Below are positions 20,087 through 30,173 of a stretch of 64,000 bases of DNA, piece by piece. The notes beneath the pieces were generated by a model. It was not told the DNA's origin. It ran no database searches and saw only the letters and a list, made by a program, of their open reading frames with translations. Within the stretch, counting starts at the first letter, position 1. The number at the start of each line of letters is the position of its first letter. The stretch is taken from positions 1 to 64,000 of IMG/VR virus record IMGVR_UViG_3300027736_000024. One strand, 5' to 3'. A program made the translations under genes and the position numbers. The DNA comes from an uncultured virus (IMG/VR IMGVR_UViG_3300027736_000024) (taxonomy: Duplodnaviria > Heunggongvirae > Uroviricota > Caudoviricetes).

Positions 20087-20761
20087 ATGTCAACACAATA
20101 CGCTTTTGGACAAATAGTAACAAATGGATTAGTATTATCATTAGATGCTGCTGATAAGAATTCTTATCCTGGTAGTGGAACTGTGTGGAATGATTTGAGT
20201 GGGAATAATAATACCGGATCTTTAATTAATACTCCTACATTTAGTAATATTAATGGCGGATCTTTTTTATTTAATGGAACCAATCAATCAGTATCATTAG
20301 TATCTTTAAATTTACAACAAAATTTTACTCTTGAAGCTTGGATTAATCAAAACGTTTTAAATGGGTTTGCTATATTTGGTCAAGGTACTCAAGCTACTAA
20401 TAATGGATTGCATGTTTGGTATACAGCTAATACTACAATAAGGTTCGGAATGTTTAGTAATGATACTGACTTTACAGTAGCAACTAGTACCGGCAACTGG
20501 TATCATCTAGTTGTCACTTACAATAATAGCTCCCCTTTTACAAAATCTATGTATCTTAATGGAGTAGCACTATCAGGTACTCCACAACAAACTCAAGCCG
20601 CATACACCGGAACCGGGACTTTTAGATTAGGAGCTATTTATAGCACTCCTACTAATTACGGCAATGGGTATTTTGCAGGTACAAAAACATATAGTCGCAT
20701 ATTATCAGCATCAGAAATCACCCAAAACTACAACGCACAAAAATCACGCTTCGGCTTATAA
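20087..20761 (+). CDS. LamG/concanavalin-A-like protein (copy 4)
   Basis: FTLEAWI, WYHLVVTY, YSRILSASEI. Confidence 0.82.
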   Translation: MSTQYAFGQIVTNGLVLSLDAADKNSYPGSGTVWNDLSGNNNTGSLINTPTFSNINGGSFLFNGTNQSVSLVSLNLQQNFTLEAWINQNVLNGFAIFGQGTQATNNGLHVWYTANTTIRFGMFSNDTDFTVATSTGNWYHLVVTYNNSSPFTKSMYLNGVALSGTPQQTQAAYTGTGTFRLGAIYSTPTNYGNGYFAGTKTYSRILSASEITQNYNAQKSRFGL

Positions 20762-20764
20762 CAA

Positions 20765-21493
20765 ATGGGAATATCAGGTGGACCATATATAGTAAGAGAT
20801 AGTAGCTTAATATTAGAGCTAGATGCTGCTGATAATAATTCTTATCCGGGTAGTGGAACTACATGTAATGATTTAGCTAGTATTGGTAATGTTGGTACTT
20901 TTACAAATTCACCAACATTTAATAGTTCTAATGGTGGAAATATTGTATTTAATGGTACTAATAGTTATATAGCATTTACAAATACTACCACTACTTTAGC
21001 AAATGATAACTTTACAATAGATATGTGGTGTAGACCCACTTCTACTATAGCTGATATAACTGAATCAACAGGAGGAACTGGCTGTCTTAGTGGACAAAGA
21101 TTCATAACAGAGCCATTCTATACTGATCCTGGATCTGGAGCAGGCGTTTCTATAGGCACTAATGGAATCGTAGTAGCCGAACATTCAAATTCATATATCC
21201 CAGGGCTACTTGAATATACTGCTACTATATCAAATATAATCTTTTCTCACATAGTAATTACTTATACTAGTAAACAACCTAGAGCATATCTTAATGGTGT
21301 TTTAGTAAGAACCGGATTAACAAGTGCAAAAGCTTTTGTTAGTTTAAGAATAGCAGGTATAGGAGGAATGCAGTATGCTAATTATGGATATTTTGCCGGG
21401 GGATTAGCAAATATAAAATGGTATAATAGAACTTTATCCACAGACGAAATCCTACAAAATTATAACGCACAAAAATCACGCTTCGGCTTATAA
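20765..21493 (+). CDS. LamG/concanavalin-A-like protein (copy 5)
   Basis: FTIDMW, HIVITY, YLNGVL, YNRTLSTDEI. Confidence 0.8.
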   Translation: MGISGGPYIVRDSSLILELDAADNNSYPGSGTTCNDLASIGNVGTFTNSPTFNSSNGGNIVFNGTNSYIAFTNTTTTLANDNFTIDMWCRPTSTIADITESTGGTGCLSGQRFITEPFYTDPGSGAGVSIGTNGIVVAEHSNSYIPGLLEYTATISNIIFSHIVITYTSKQPRAYLNGVLVRTGLTSAKAFVSLRIAGIGGMQYANYGYFAGGLANIKWYNRTLSTDEILQNYNAQKSRFGL

Positions 21494-21505
21494 AACAATA
21501 CAATT

Positions 21506-21751
21506 ATGAATAACACGTACATGATTTTTAACGTATCAGAATTAGAACAAATTGATTTTACTCAAGTAAAAGAAACATCAATTGACACTGTTCGCAAATC
21601 AATAGATCAAACTAAAACATTTGTTAAATGGGAAGGTGAAATACCACAATGTGTAGTTGATTTAACAACCAAAGAAGGCCCATACACTTATGATGAAATA
21701 TTAGCAATATTAGCTACAGAAGAATGGACTAATCCTAATCCACTTCCATAA
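21506..21751 (+). CDS. Small hypothetical protein
   Basis: 81 aa; ETSIDTVRKSIDQTKTFVKW, YTYDEIL..L.TEEW. Confidence 0.55.
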   Translation: MNNTYMIFNVSELEQIDFTQVKETSIDTVRKSIDQTKTFVKWEGEIPQCVVDLTTKEGPYTYDEILAILATEEWTNPNPLP

Positions 21752-21802
21752 TATTTATAATAAACCCCCGTTCTAGGGATAGGGATCTAGAACACAACAT
21801 AA

Positions 21803-22837
21803 ATGCCAAACGAATTTGTAGCCAGAAATGGTGTCATTGCTTTAAATAATAGCACTGTAACAGGATCATTAAATGTTACAAGTGGAATTACAGGATCTCT
21901 ATTTGGAACGGCATCTTGGGCAGTATCATCTTCTTTTTCATTAACTGCATCTTTCGCTCTTAATGCAGGTGCATCAAGTCCAACTTCATTTACACTTAGT
22001 CAAACTACGCCTTCTACTACCTGGACTGTTAATCACAATTTAAATAATGCGTATCCTTCAATTACTATTTATGACAATAATGGATACGTAATAATCCCTA
22101 AAAATATATTAGCAAATAATGCAAATCAAACTACAGTAACTTTTTCTTATCCTGCTACAGGATATGCAACAGTAGTAGTTGCAGGAACCACAGTTACTAC
22201 AGCATCTTATGCACTTACGGCGGCCACAGCATCATATGTAGTAAACTCAATTAGTGCATCATTTGCAGCAACTGCAAGTTCTGCTGATTTATTTAACGTA
22301 CGAACAAGTTTAACTGCATCTAATTTATTAGTAAGCGGAACAATTACCGCACAAACCCTAGTAGTTCAAACAATTACATCTTCTGTAAGCTGGATTACTG
22401 GATCAACAAAATTTGGTAATTTATCAACAAATACGCATCAATTTACAGGTAGTATAACAATAACAGGATCACTAACAATAGGTAGTGGTAGTATAACAGG
22501 ATCTAGGATAAATCCTAGAACCGCAACAACAGCTTCAGTAGGTATATATACACCAAATATAGATGTAGCTGATGTTTTTACTATTACTGGACAAACAGCA
22601 TCTTTAGCATTTAATAATCCTTCAGGTAGTCCAGTCAATGGCCAAAGAATGATTATTAGAATTGAAGATGATGGAGTTGGTGCAAGAGCTTTAAACTTCA
22701 CAGGATCTCAATACAGAGCATCAACAGAATTAGCATTCCCAGCATCATCATCTCTAAGCAAAACTTTATACTTAGGTTTTATATATAATTCAACAGATAC
22801 TAAGTGGGATTTATTAGCTAAAATTGATAATTTTTAA
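21803..22837 (+). CDS. Fibre-like virion protein
   Basis: MPNEFVARNG start; WTVNHNLNNAYPSITIYD domain; shares a module with the 12208 and 17520 ORFs. Confidence 0.6.
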   Translation: MPNEFVARNGVIALNNSTVTGSLNVTSGITGSLFGTASWAVSSSFSLTASFALNAGASSPTSFTLSQTTPSTTWTVNHNLNNAYPSITIYDNNGYVIIPKNILANNANQTTVTFSYPATGYATVVVAGTTVTTASYALTAATASYVVNSISASFAATASSADLFNVRTSLTASNLLVSGTITAQTLVVQTITSSVSWITGSTKFGNLSTNTHQFTGSITITGSLTIGSGSITGSRINPRTATTASVGIYTPNIDVADVFTITGQTASLAFNNPSGSPVNGQRMIIRIEDDGVGARALNFTGSQYRASTELAFPASSSLSKTLYLGFIYNSTDTKWDLLAKIDNF

Positions 22838-22843
22838 TAGTAT

Positions 22844-24145
22844 ATGGGAAGTGCAATTTTTAGAAATTATCTTACATCTAGTATCTGGATAGCTCCATCA
22901 GGATCAGCTATCACAGCTTCATGCTGGGGTGGTGGAGGTGGAGGTCAAGATACTGACATAGAAATACCAGCAAATGGTGTTGGTGGTGATGGTGGATCAT
23001 ACGCAAGAAAAATATTAACAGTTGTATCAGGAAGTTCTTATATAGTAAAAGTTGGTGCGGGTGGACCGGCAACAAGTAATGGATTTACGTCACCTGGAGG
23101 TGATAGTTGGTTTAGTGGATCAACTATAGTTCGTGCAAAAGGTGGTAATAGTGCCGCAACTAATATAGGAGATGTTACATATACAGGAGGGGCTGCAGGA
23201 ATCGGTGGTGGTGGTGGAGCAGGATCAACAGGAAATGGAGGAGGCGGTGGTGGACTTACAGGAGGAACAGGAACCGCAGTAAGTGGAGGTAACGGAGGAA
23301 CTACGCCAGGAACCAATGCAAATGGAAGAACAGGAAGTTTATATGGTGGTGGTGGATCAGGAGGAGCAACGACTGGAATTACAGACTATGGTGGAGCTGC
23401 AGGAGCAGAAGGACTAGTTATATTATCGTATCCTGGAAGTTCATCTCTAGAGCAGTTTATTTCAACTACTACTTGGGTTTGCCCACAAGGAGTATCTTTT
23501 GTTACAGCTTCTTGTTGGGGAGGCGGAGGTAGTGGAGGAGACGCTGATGTTAGGGCATCAGCAACAGATGGTCGTGCAGGAGGTGCGGGAGGTGGTGGAG
23601 CTTTCGCTAGAAAAGTAGTTCCAGTAATGCCAGGCACTTCATATACAGTTACAGTAGGTGGACCAAACCAAGATAGTTGGTTTGTTTCTACAACTACTGT
23701 TTTAGCTAGATCAGGAAGTAATGGACAGAGTGCAACTTGTGGACCAACTATATGTACAGGTGGAACAGGTCGTGCGGGTGGATCTGCAGCAGGATCAATA
23801 GGAGATATAACATATTCTGGAGGATCTGGAGGTAGTACCGGAGGTGGCGGCGGCGGCGCTGCAGGTCTTATAAATACAGGTTCAAATGGTGCTAGTGGAG
23901 GAGGAGGAGGAATAGGAGGAGGCCCTTATGCTGGAAAAGGTGGAGATGGAGATATAGGACTTGATCAAAATGGATTACCAGGAGGTTATTTTGGAGCAGG
24001 TGGAGGTGGAGGTCCATTATTTGATAATGGAGACGGAACTTTTTCAGCAAATTCTGGCGGCGCCGGGGCACAAGGTCTAGTAATATTAGAATACACACCA
24101 ATAATACAATCAGCAGTAGCAGGAGCATTTTTTAGTATTTTATAA
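22844..24145 (+). CDS. Glycine-rich virion protein with two tandem Gly-rich domains
   Basis: Duplicated TASCWGGGG...GG.[YF]ARK...SY.V.VG..DSWF...GA.GLVI..Y. Confidence 0.7.
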   Translation: MGSAIFRNYLTSSIWIAPSGSAITASCWGGGGGGQDTDIEIPANGVGGDGGSYARKILTVVSGSSYIVKVGAGGPATSNGFTSPGGDSWFSGSTIVRAKGGNSAATNIGDVTYTGGAAGIGGGGGAGSTGNGGGGGGLTGGTGTAVSGGNGGTTPGTNANGRTGSLYGGGGSGGATTGITDYGGAAGAEGLVILSYPGSSSLEQFISTTTWVCPQGVSFVTASCWGGGGSGGDADVRASATDGRAGGAGGGGAFARKVVPVMPGTSYTVTVGGPNQDSWFVSTTTVLARSGSNGQSATCGPTICTGGTGRAGGSAAGSIGDITYSGGSGGSTGGGGGGAAGLINTGSNGASGGGGGIGGGPYAGKGGDGDIGLDQNGLPGGYFGAGGGGGPLFDNGDGTFSANSGGAGAQGLVILEYTPIIQSAVAGAFFSIL

Positions 24146-24172
24146 AATAAGTATAATTAATAATAATATCAA

Positions 24173-26344
24173 ATGGTAATAGATAGCGGTACAGCAACAA
24201 GTTCATTTTATGTTAGTGGAACACTATCAGTAACTGATGGCATTACAGGTTCATTATTTGGAACCTCTTCATGGGCTACCTCAGCTTCTTTTGCAGTAAC
24301 TGCATCTAATAGTATAACCGCTTCATTTGCACTTAACGCTGGAGGTGCTACAGGAGATAAAATTGTTACAGGTAGTATAACAGCTTCTGTTAACGTAACA
24401 GGCGCGGCATTTAGAATTGATAGTGGATCTACTTCATTTGTTTATGTAAATAATATTGGTAATTTAGGTATAGGTACAACAGTGCCTGCTGCAAAACTTC
24501 AAGTATCAGGAACTGCTAACCTTTTAAATATTAGAGGATCAGGAAGCTCTGCTACACAATCACTATTCACAGTTGATGGAGCCGCAGGACGTCTATTTAG
24601 TGTAAATGACTCTCTTTCCGGATCCTTATTCTCGGTTAATACAATAGCGGGTTTACCGGTTATAGAAGCGTTTTCAGATAATACTGTCAGAATAGGTCAG
24701 TATGGACAAAAAGCATTATTTGTTTCGCAATCTAGAGTTGGTATAGGAACTGAAATACCAACCGCTTTATTACATATTACGGGTTCTACAGGAAATATTT
24801 TTGAACTTGATGGATCTGGATCTATTAATGCGTTAATTGTTAGTTCATCAGGACGTATAGGTATAGGTACTGATACTCCTGCAGGTAGATTTGATATTTC
24901 ATATCCTGGAAATCTTAATGATCCGACTATTCTTTTAGGAGCAGATGATACAGGAGGAACATCTAGAACAAATAATACAACAAAAGTAGCTAGAATAGGA
25001 GTGGCTCACTATAGTAGTAGTGCAACTGCGTCTGCTATATTAATAGCTGATTCAAATGCTACTGATAATAGAGTATTTATTGGAGGAGGATCGTCTTATC
25101 TAAATGCTGCTACTCAAATTTTATTTTATACAGGTCCAACAACAGCTTCTTTAACAGGAACAGAAAAATTAAGAATTAGTGGTAGTGGACAAATAATAGT
25201 AAGTAGTTCTGTTTCAATATCTGGATCACTAACGGTAACTACTGGATCAATTAAAGGAAACGTTGAAACTAGTAGATTAATCTTTGGAACAGTTAATTCA
25301 AATCCATCTGTAAATCAAAATGATTTTGCTCCTGTAGGATGGGATGACGCAGATCCAGCAAAATCAACAACTATAGATATTTCTGGAAGTGCATCTATAA
25401 AAATAACTGGATTAGGTGGAGGAGTACATGGCCGAATTGCAGTTTTAAGAAATGCGTCTCCTGATAGACTTATAATATTAGAAGATAATGCAACATCTTC
25501 TTTATCTGGAAATAGATTTGATTTTAGAAATCCTGTATTTTTAATACCAAATGGAACTATACAATTACAGTATGATTCAACATCTTCAAAATGGGAACCA
25601 ATAGGATCTTCAGAAGGTATTGGATTCCAAGAATTTTTTGATCAGTATGAAGAATTTTTAGGATTCAATATAGTATCTTCTAGTAGTACTGATACAGCAG
25701 GTCTTTGGACAGGAGTAGCTTCCGGAGCTTTTAGTTCTATTGGTACTAGTAGCTATTTACAAAATACAACAGAAAGACCTCTAGGTATTTACGATATGAA
25801 TGTAGGTAGTACAGCAGCGGGTCGTGCACATATAGGAACAAGAACATCAGCATCAATACAACCAGGTTATGGGCAAGGAATAATGCTAACAAGATTAGCT
25901 TTACAGCAACCCGCAACCGCTACAGAAAACTTTCAAGTTTTTACAGGTTGGCATGATTCAATAACTGGTGGCGGTACTACATTTGGGTTTCCTAGAACTG
26001 GAATTTATTGGATGTATAATAGTGGATCAGGTGCTGCTGGTAGTAACTGGCAGGCTGTTGCCGCATCAGCAAGTTTATCTTCATCAGCTACTGTAGGACC
26101 TACTGTTGATAGTAACTATGTATGGCTTGGCATTTATGTAAATTCTCAATGGAATAGAGGAACTTGGTTCTATTCAACAGATACTGTTACCTGGTTTATA
26201 GCTCAAGATACAGCACCAAGTGGAAACTCTATTACAGGTTCTCAAATTGGATTTGGTGTAACTGCAGTCAAAGCAATAGGAACAACAGGAAGATTAATTA
26301 CAATAGATGCCCTAGCACATAGGTATGATATAAATAGAAACTAA
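24173..26344 (+). CDS. Large tail-fibre-like protein
   Basis: G[NR][LVI]GIGT..P...L.[VI] fibre repeats; module shared with the 17520 ORF. Confidence 0.65.
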   Translation: MVIDSGTATSSFYVSGTLSVTDGITGSLFGTSSWATSASFAVTASNSITASFALNAGGATGDKIVTGSITASVNVTGAAFRIDSGSTSFVYVNNIGNLGIGTTVPAAKLQVSGTANLLNIRGSGSSATQSLFTVDGAAGRLFSVNDSLSGSLFSVNTIAGLPVIEAFSDNTVRIGQYGQKALFVSQSRVGIGTEIPTALLHITGSTGNIFELDGSGSINALIVSSSGRIGIGTDTPAGRFDISYPGNLNDPTILLGADDTGGTSRTNNTTKVARIGVAHYSSSATASAILIADSNATDNRVFIGGGSSYLNAATQILFYTGPTTASLTGTEKLRISGSGQIIVSSSVSISGSLTVTTGSIKGNVETSRLIFGTVNSNPSVNQNDFAPVGWDDADPAKSTTIDISGSASIKITGLGGGVHGRIAVLRNASPDRLIILEDNATSSLSGNRFDFRNPVFLIPNGTIQLQYDSTSSKWEPIGSSEGIGFQEFFDQYEEFLGFNIVSSSSTDTAGLWTGVASGAFSSIGTSSYLQNTTERPLGIYDMNVGSTAAGRAHIGTRTSASIQPGYGQGIMLTRLALQQPATATENFQVFTGWHDSITGGGTTFGFPRTGIYWMYNSGSGAAGSNWQAVAASASLSSSATVGPTVDSNYVWLGIYVNSQWNRGTWFYSTDTVTWFIAQDTAPSGNSITGSQIGFGVTAVKAIGTTGRLITIDALAHRYDINRN

Positions 26345-26406
26345 AAATATTTTACTAAAAATATATTTTAGATTATTTTTATATATTTATAAATAAACAA
26401 TAATTT

Positions 26407-26631
26407 ATGACAACAGTATTAATTATCTTAGCAGTTATTGCGCTTGGTTTTATTGTTTACAAATTAGAGAAAAAACCAAAAGAACTAAATCTTCCAGAAG
26501 CTCCTGAAAAAATTGAGCCAATTGAAATCACAGCTGCTAAATCAAGCTTAACTACAAAAGTAGTAAAAAAATCAACAGCAGTAAAAAAAGCAGGAACTAC
26601 TGCAGTTAGAAAAACTCCTAAAAAACTTTAA
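26407..26631 (+). CDS. Small membrane-anchored protein with basic tail
   Basis: N-terminal hydrophobic helix; K/T/A-rich C-terminus. Confidence 0.55.
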   Translation: MTTVLIILAVIALGFIVYKLEKKPKELNLPEAPEKIEPIEITAAKSSLTTKVVKKSTAVKKAGTTAVRKTPKKL

Positions 26632-26656
26632 TAAAAATATAATCATATAATTTAAT

Positions 26657-26681
26657 AGCTCTCCTAATAAGAGAGCTTTTT
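26657..26681 (+). terminator. Rho-independent terminator
   Basis: AGCTCTC-loop-GAGAGCT-TTTT. Confidence 0.75.
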
Positions 26682-26723
26682 ACTTTATCAATTTACTTTA
26701 TATATTTATTATAAAATATTGTT

Positions 26724-26960
26724 ATGGGAAAAATTACAGATAATGAGTTGCAAAGAATTCAATTAGTAAAAAGAGATGCAATTGAAGTTGCTACCGCTTT
26801 AGGAGAATTAGAATTTCAAAGAATCACAATAGAACTTTTAATTGAGCAAGAAAAAGAAAAAATAAAAGATATAAAAAAGAGAGAGCAACAAATCTTTTTA
26901 GAATTAAAAGAAACTTACGGAACAATTAGCATAAATATTGAAACGGGAGAATTTAACTAA
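26724..26960 (+). CDS. Small coiled-coil hypothetical protein
   Basis: 78 aa ending YGTISINIETGEF; own ATATTTAT motif. Confidence 0.6.
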   Translation: MGKITDNELQRIQLVKRDAIEVATALGELEFQRITIELLIEQEKEKIKDIKKREQQIFLELKETYGTISINIETGEFN

Positions 26961-27010
26961 AGTGTTTTGAATAAAGTATTGATATTTATTACTAGATAAA
27001 AATAATATAA

Positions 27011-28813
27011 ATGGCCGAAACACTTATTAGCCCAGGAGTTTTCTTAAATGAAAACGATTTATCCCAGATAACACAAGGACCAATAGCTGCAGGCGCAGCA
27101 ATTGTAGGCCCTACTGTAACAGGTCCAGTAAATCTTCCTACATTAGTAACTACCTATTCACAATACAAAGCTCTATTTGGAGCTGCGTTTATTTCAGGAG
27201 GTGCTAACTACGAATATTTAACTAGTATTGCAGCTCTTAATTATTTTGAACAAGGAGGAAGTTCTCTTCTTGTTACGAGAGTGGCTTCAGGATCTTATAC
27301 ACCGGCAACTGCATCTATTCAAGCACAAGACGGAACTAGAACTTCTTTTGTGTTAGAAACACTTTCAGTTGGTGATGTAATGGATAACTTTAGTGCATCT
27401 ATGTATAGCGTAACTGCATCTTCTGGATTATTATCTTCTGGTTCCTCTGCTAATATTCGTTGGGAAATTACTTCCGCAGATACAGGATCAGGATTATTTA
27501 GTCTTATTATACGTCGTGGTGATGATTATAACAATAGTAAAACTATTTTAGAAAGCTGGAATAATCTTTCTCTTGATCCTAATCAAAATAACTATATTTC
27601 TTATGTTATTGGTGATCAAGCAGTAACTGTAAAAACAGATGAATATGGTGAAAATTATATTCAATTAAGTGGATCATATCAAAATAAATCTAGATATGTA
27701 AGAGTTAAATCTGTAAATTTATCTACTCCTGGATACTTTGATCAAACAGGTCAACCAAGAGCCCAATATACAGCATCTTTACCAGAAACTAGTTTCCCTC
27801 TTATAAGTAGTTCTTTCCAAGCATCAGGTGGATACGGTGGATTTGGTAGCGCAATTGGAGCAATTTATGGATCTTTTGGAAAAGCTGCGGTTAATTTGTT
27901 TGAAGCAATTCCTAGTCAAAATTCAGTAGTTTCTAGTCCTGCTACAAATATTCAAGGATTGCACGCTAGTGATTATAATGTAGCTCTTAGTCTATTAGCT
28001 AATAAAGATGCTTATGATTTCAATGTGATCTATGCACCAGGATTAACTACACAAAATGCTTCTAGTACTGTATCTGATATTTTACTTCTTGCACAAGGTC
28101 GTGGAGACGCTATTGCAGTAGTAGATATGGTAGGATACGGACAAAATATATCAACAACTGTAAGTAATGCATCAACTTATGATAACTCATATGGTGCAAC
28201 ATATTGGCCGTGGGTTCAAATTAGAAGTCGTGAAACAGGAAAAATTAATTTCGTTCCAGCTTCTACATTAGTTCCTGCTGTATATGAATACAATGATAAA
28301 GTATCTGCTGAGTGGTTTGCACCTGCAGGTATGAATAGAGGTTCATTATCTACAGTGCTTCAACCAGAAAGAAAATTAACTGTTAATGATAGGAATACAC
28401 TTTATCAAGGTAAAGTAAATCCAATAGCAACCTTCCCAGGTGTTGGAACAGTAATCTATGGACAAAAGACACTTCAACAAAAGCCATCTGCTCTTGATAG
28501 AGTAAATGTAAGACGCCTGTTAATTGCCCTTAAAAGTTATATTGGTCAAATTGGTGAGACAATTGTATTCGAGCCAAATACTCAAGTAACTCGTAATAAA
28601 TTCTTAAACCAAGTTAATCCTTACTTAGAAACAGTACAACAAAGACAAGGTCTTTATGCTTTCCAAGTAGTTATGGATGAAACTAATAACACACCAGACG
28701 TAGTAGATCGTAATCAATTAGTTGGTACAATCTATTTACAACCAACAAAGACTGCGGAATTCATTCAACTTGATTTCAACATTCTTCCAACTGGTACTTC
28801 ATTTGGCCAATAA
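27011..28813 (+). CDS. gp18: Contractile tail sheath protein (gp18-like)
   Basis: ISPGVF..E.D, YWPW, WFAPAGMNRG, YGQKTL, DRVNVRRL, FEPN, PTKTAEFI. Confidence 0.95.
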   Translation: MAETLISPGVFLNENDLSQITQGPIAAGAAIVGPTVTGPVNLPTLVTTYSQYKALFGAAFISGGANYEYLTSIAALNYFEQGGSSLLVTRVASGSYTPATASIQAQDGTRTSFVLETLSVGDVMDNFSASMYSVTASSGLLSSGSSANIRWEITSADTGSGLFSLIIRRGDDYNNSKTILESWNNLSLDPNQNNYISYVIGDQAVTVKTDEYGENYIQLSGSYQNKSRYVRVKSVNLSTPGYFDQTGQPRAQYTASLPETSFPLISSSFQASGGYGGFGSAIGAIYGSFGKAAVNLFEAIPSQNSVVSSPATNIQGLHASDYNVALSLLANKDAYDFNVIYAPGLTTQNASSTVSDILLLAQGRGDAIAVVDMVGYGQNISTTVSNASTYDNSYGATYWPWVQIRSRETGKINFVPASTLVPAVYEYNDKVSAEWFAPAGMNRGSLSTVLQPERKLTVNDRNTLYQGKVNPIATFPGVGTVIYGQKTLQQKPSALDRVNVRRLLIALKSYIGQIGETIVFEPNTQVTRNKFLNQVNPYLETVQQRQGLYAFQVVMDETNNTPDVVDRNQLVGTIYLQPTKTAEFIQLDFNILPTGTSFGQ

Positions 28814-28830
28814 AATAAATAAAATTTAAG

Positions 28831-29550
28831 ATGAACGATAATACAATCCTAAGAATTAAAGTACCTGCTCACTTATATGAAAGTGTAAAAGAGCAATTAA
28901 CATTAAAGGAAAATAAAAAGCAGCTTCAAGAAGAGATTACTGCAACTGATGAAGAACTTATGGCCTTCTATGAGAAAGTTAAGCAAGAAGTAGAAGCCGG
29001 AACAGATTTAGAATCAGCAATTCACTATGCAAAGTTTGATATGAATAATCCAGACGCTGCTAAAGAATTATCTTCTATGAATGAAGCCAAAAAACAAAAT
29101 TATGGTGCTGGTTATTCTGTAGTAAAAGAAAAGAAAATGAAAACTCCTAAAGACGGAATGAAAAAAGTTGAAGAAGATAAAGGATACATGGGAACCGGAT
29201 ATGATTCTCCTGAAGAGATGGGAGTATCTATGATTAAAAAAGAAACAAAAGATAAAGAAATGGAAAAGAAAACTCGCACATTAGACGAATTAAAAGCTGC
29301 TAAAGCTAAACTTAATAAGAAGATTGAAGAAATGGAAGGTGGAAATGAAAAAGGAGAAAAAATTGAAGAAGGTGGTGTTTTTGCTGATCCTAATTTCTGG
29401 GCTGGTATTGGAGGTCTACTTCTTGGATCTGTTCCTTTCATCAAATTAAAATATGATCAATGGAAGTATGCTAAGACTCCTGAAGAAAAGAAGCAAATGG
29501 AAAAAGAGTTGGCTAATGCTATTCAAAGTAAGATGTCTGGTGGCATGTAA
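28831..29550 (+). CDS. Hypothetical charged protein with a C-terminal hydrophobic helix
   Basis: 239 aa, many hydrophobic-x-E motifs, FWAGIGGLLLGSVPFI segment. Confidence 0.5.
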   Translation: MNDNTILRIKVPAHLYESVKEQLTLKENKKQLQEEITATDEELMAFYEKVKQEVEAGTDLESAIHYAKFDMNNPDAAKELSSMNEAKKQNYGAGYSVVKEKKMKTPKDGMKKVEEDKGYMGTGYDSPEEMGVSMIKKETKDKEMEKKTRTLDELKAAKAKLNKKIEEMEGGNEKGEKIEEGGVFADPNFWAGIGGLLLGSVPFIKLKYDQWKYAKTPEEKKQMEKELANAIQSKMSGGM

Positions 29551-29584
29551 TAAATAATTTTGTTATCGAATATTTATAAGTAGA

Positions 29585-30169
29585 TTGCCAATAGTTTACA
29601 GACATATAAGAAAAGATAAAAATAAGCCGTTTTACATAGGAATAGGAGAGTCTGAAGATAGAGCTTACGAAACAAAAGGTAGAACAAGAGCTTGGAAAAA
29701 TATATCAAAGAAAGGTTACGACGTAGAAGTTCTTTTTAATGATCTGAGTTGGGAAGAAGCCTGTGAGAAAGAAGTAGAGTTTATAGCTCTATATGGTAGA
29801 AGAGATAAAAAGGCTGGCACTTTAGTTAATATGACTGATGGAGGTGAAGGTACCGTTGGATATAGACACACAGATAAGACAAAAGAAAAGTGTAGATTAG
29901 TTACATCAGGAGAGAATCACCCTTTTTATAATAAAAAAAGGCCTGATCACGCTGATAAAATGAAAGGTGAGAATAACCCTTGTTTTGGTAGAATTGGAGA
30001 TAAACATCCGTTTTTTGGAAAAGAGGGGTATTGGAAAGGAAAAACTACTTCGGTTGCTAAAAAAATAGTTTATGAAGGAATAGAATTTGAATCACAAAAT
30101 AAACTAGCAAAATATTTAAATAAATCAAGGTCATACATCACAAAATTGATTAAACAAGATAAATTATAA
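29585..30169 (+). mobile_element. Free-standing GIY-YIG homing endonuclease with NUMOD3-like repeats
   Basis: VYRH..FYIGIG, R, E..FI, N.TDGGEG catalytic pattern; GENHPFY/GENNPCFG/GDKHPFFG repeats; TTG start. Confidence 0.85.
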
Positions 30170-30173
30170 CAAT

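Noticed and set aside
16044..21493. Diversity-generating retroelement acting on the LamG genes
   Set aside because: No reverse transcriptase in the window and no non-coding template repeat with adenine-specific differences seen
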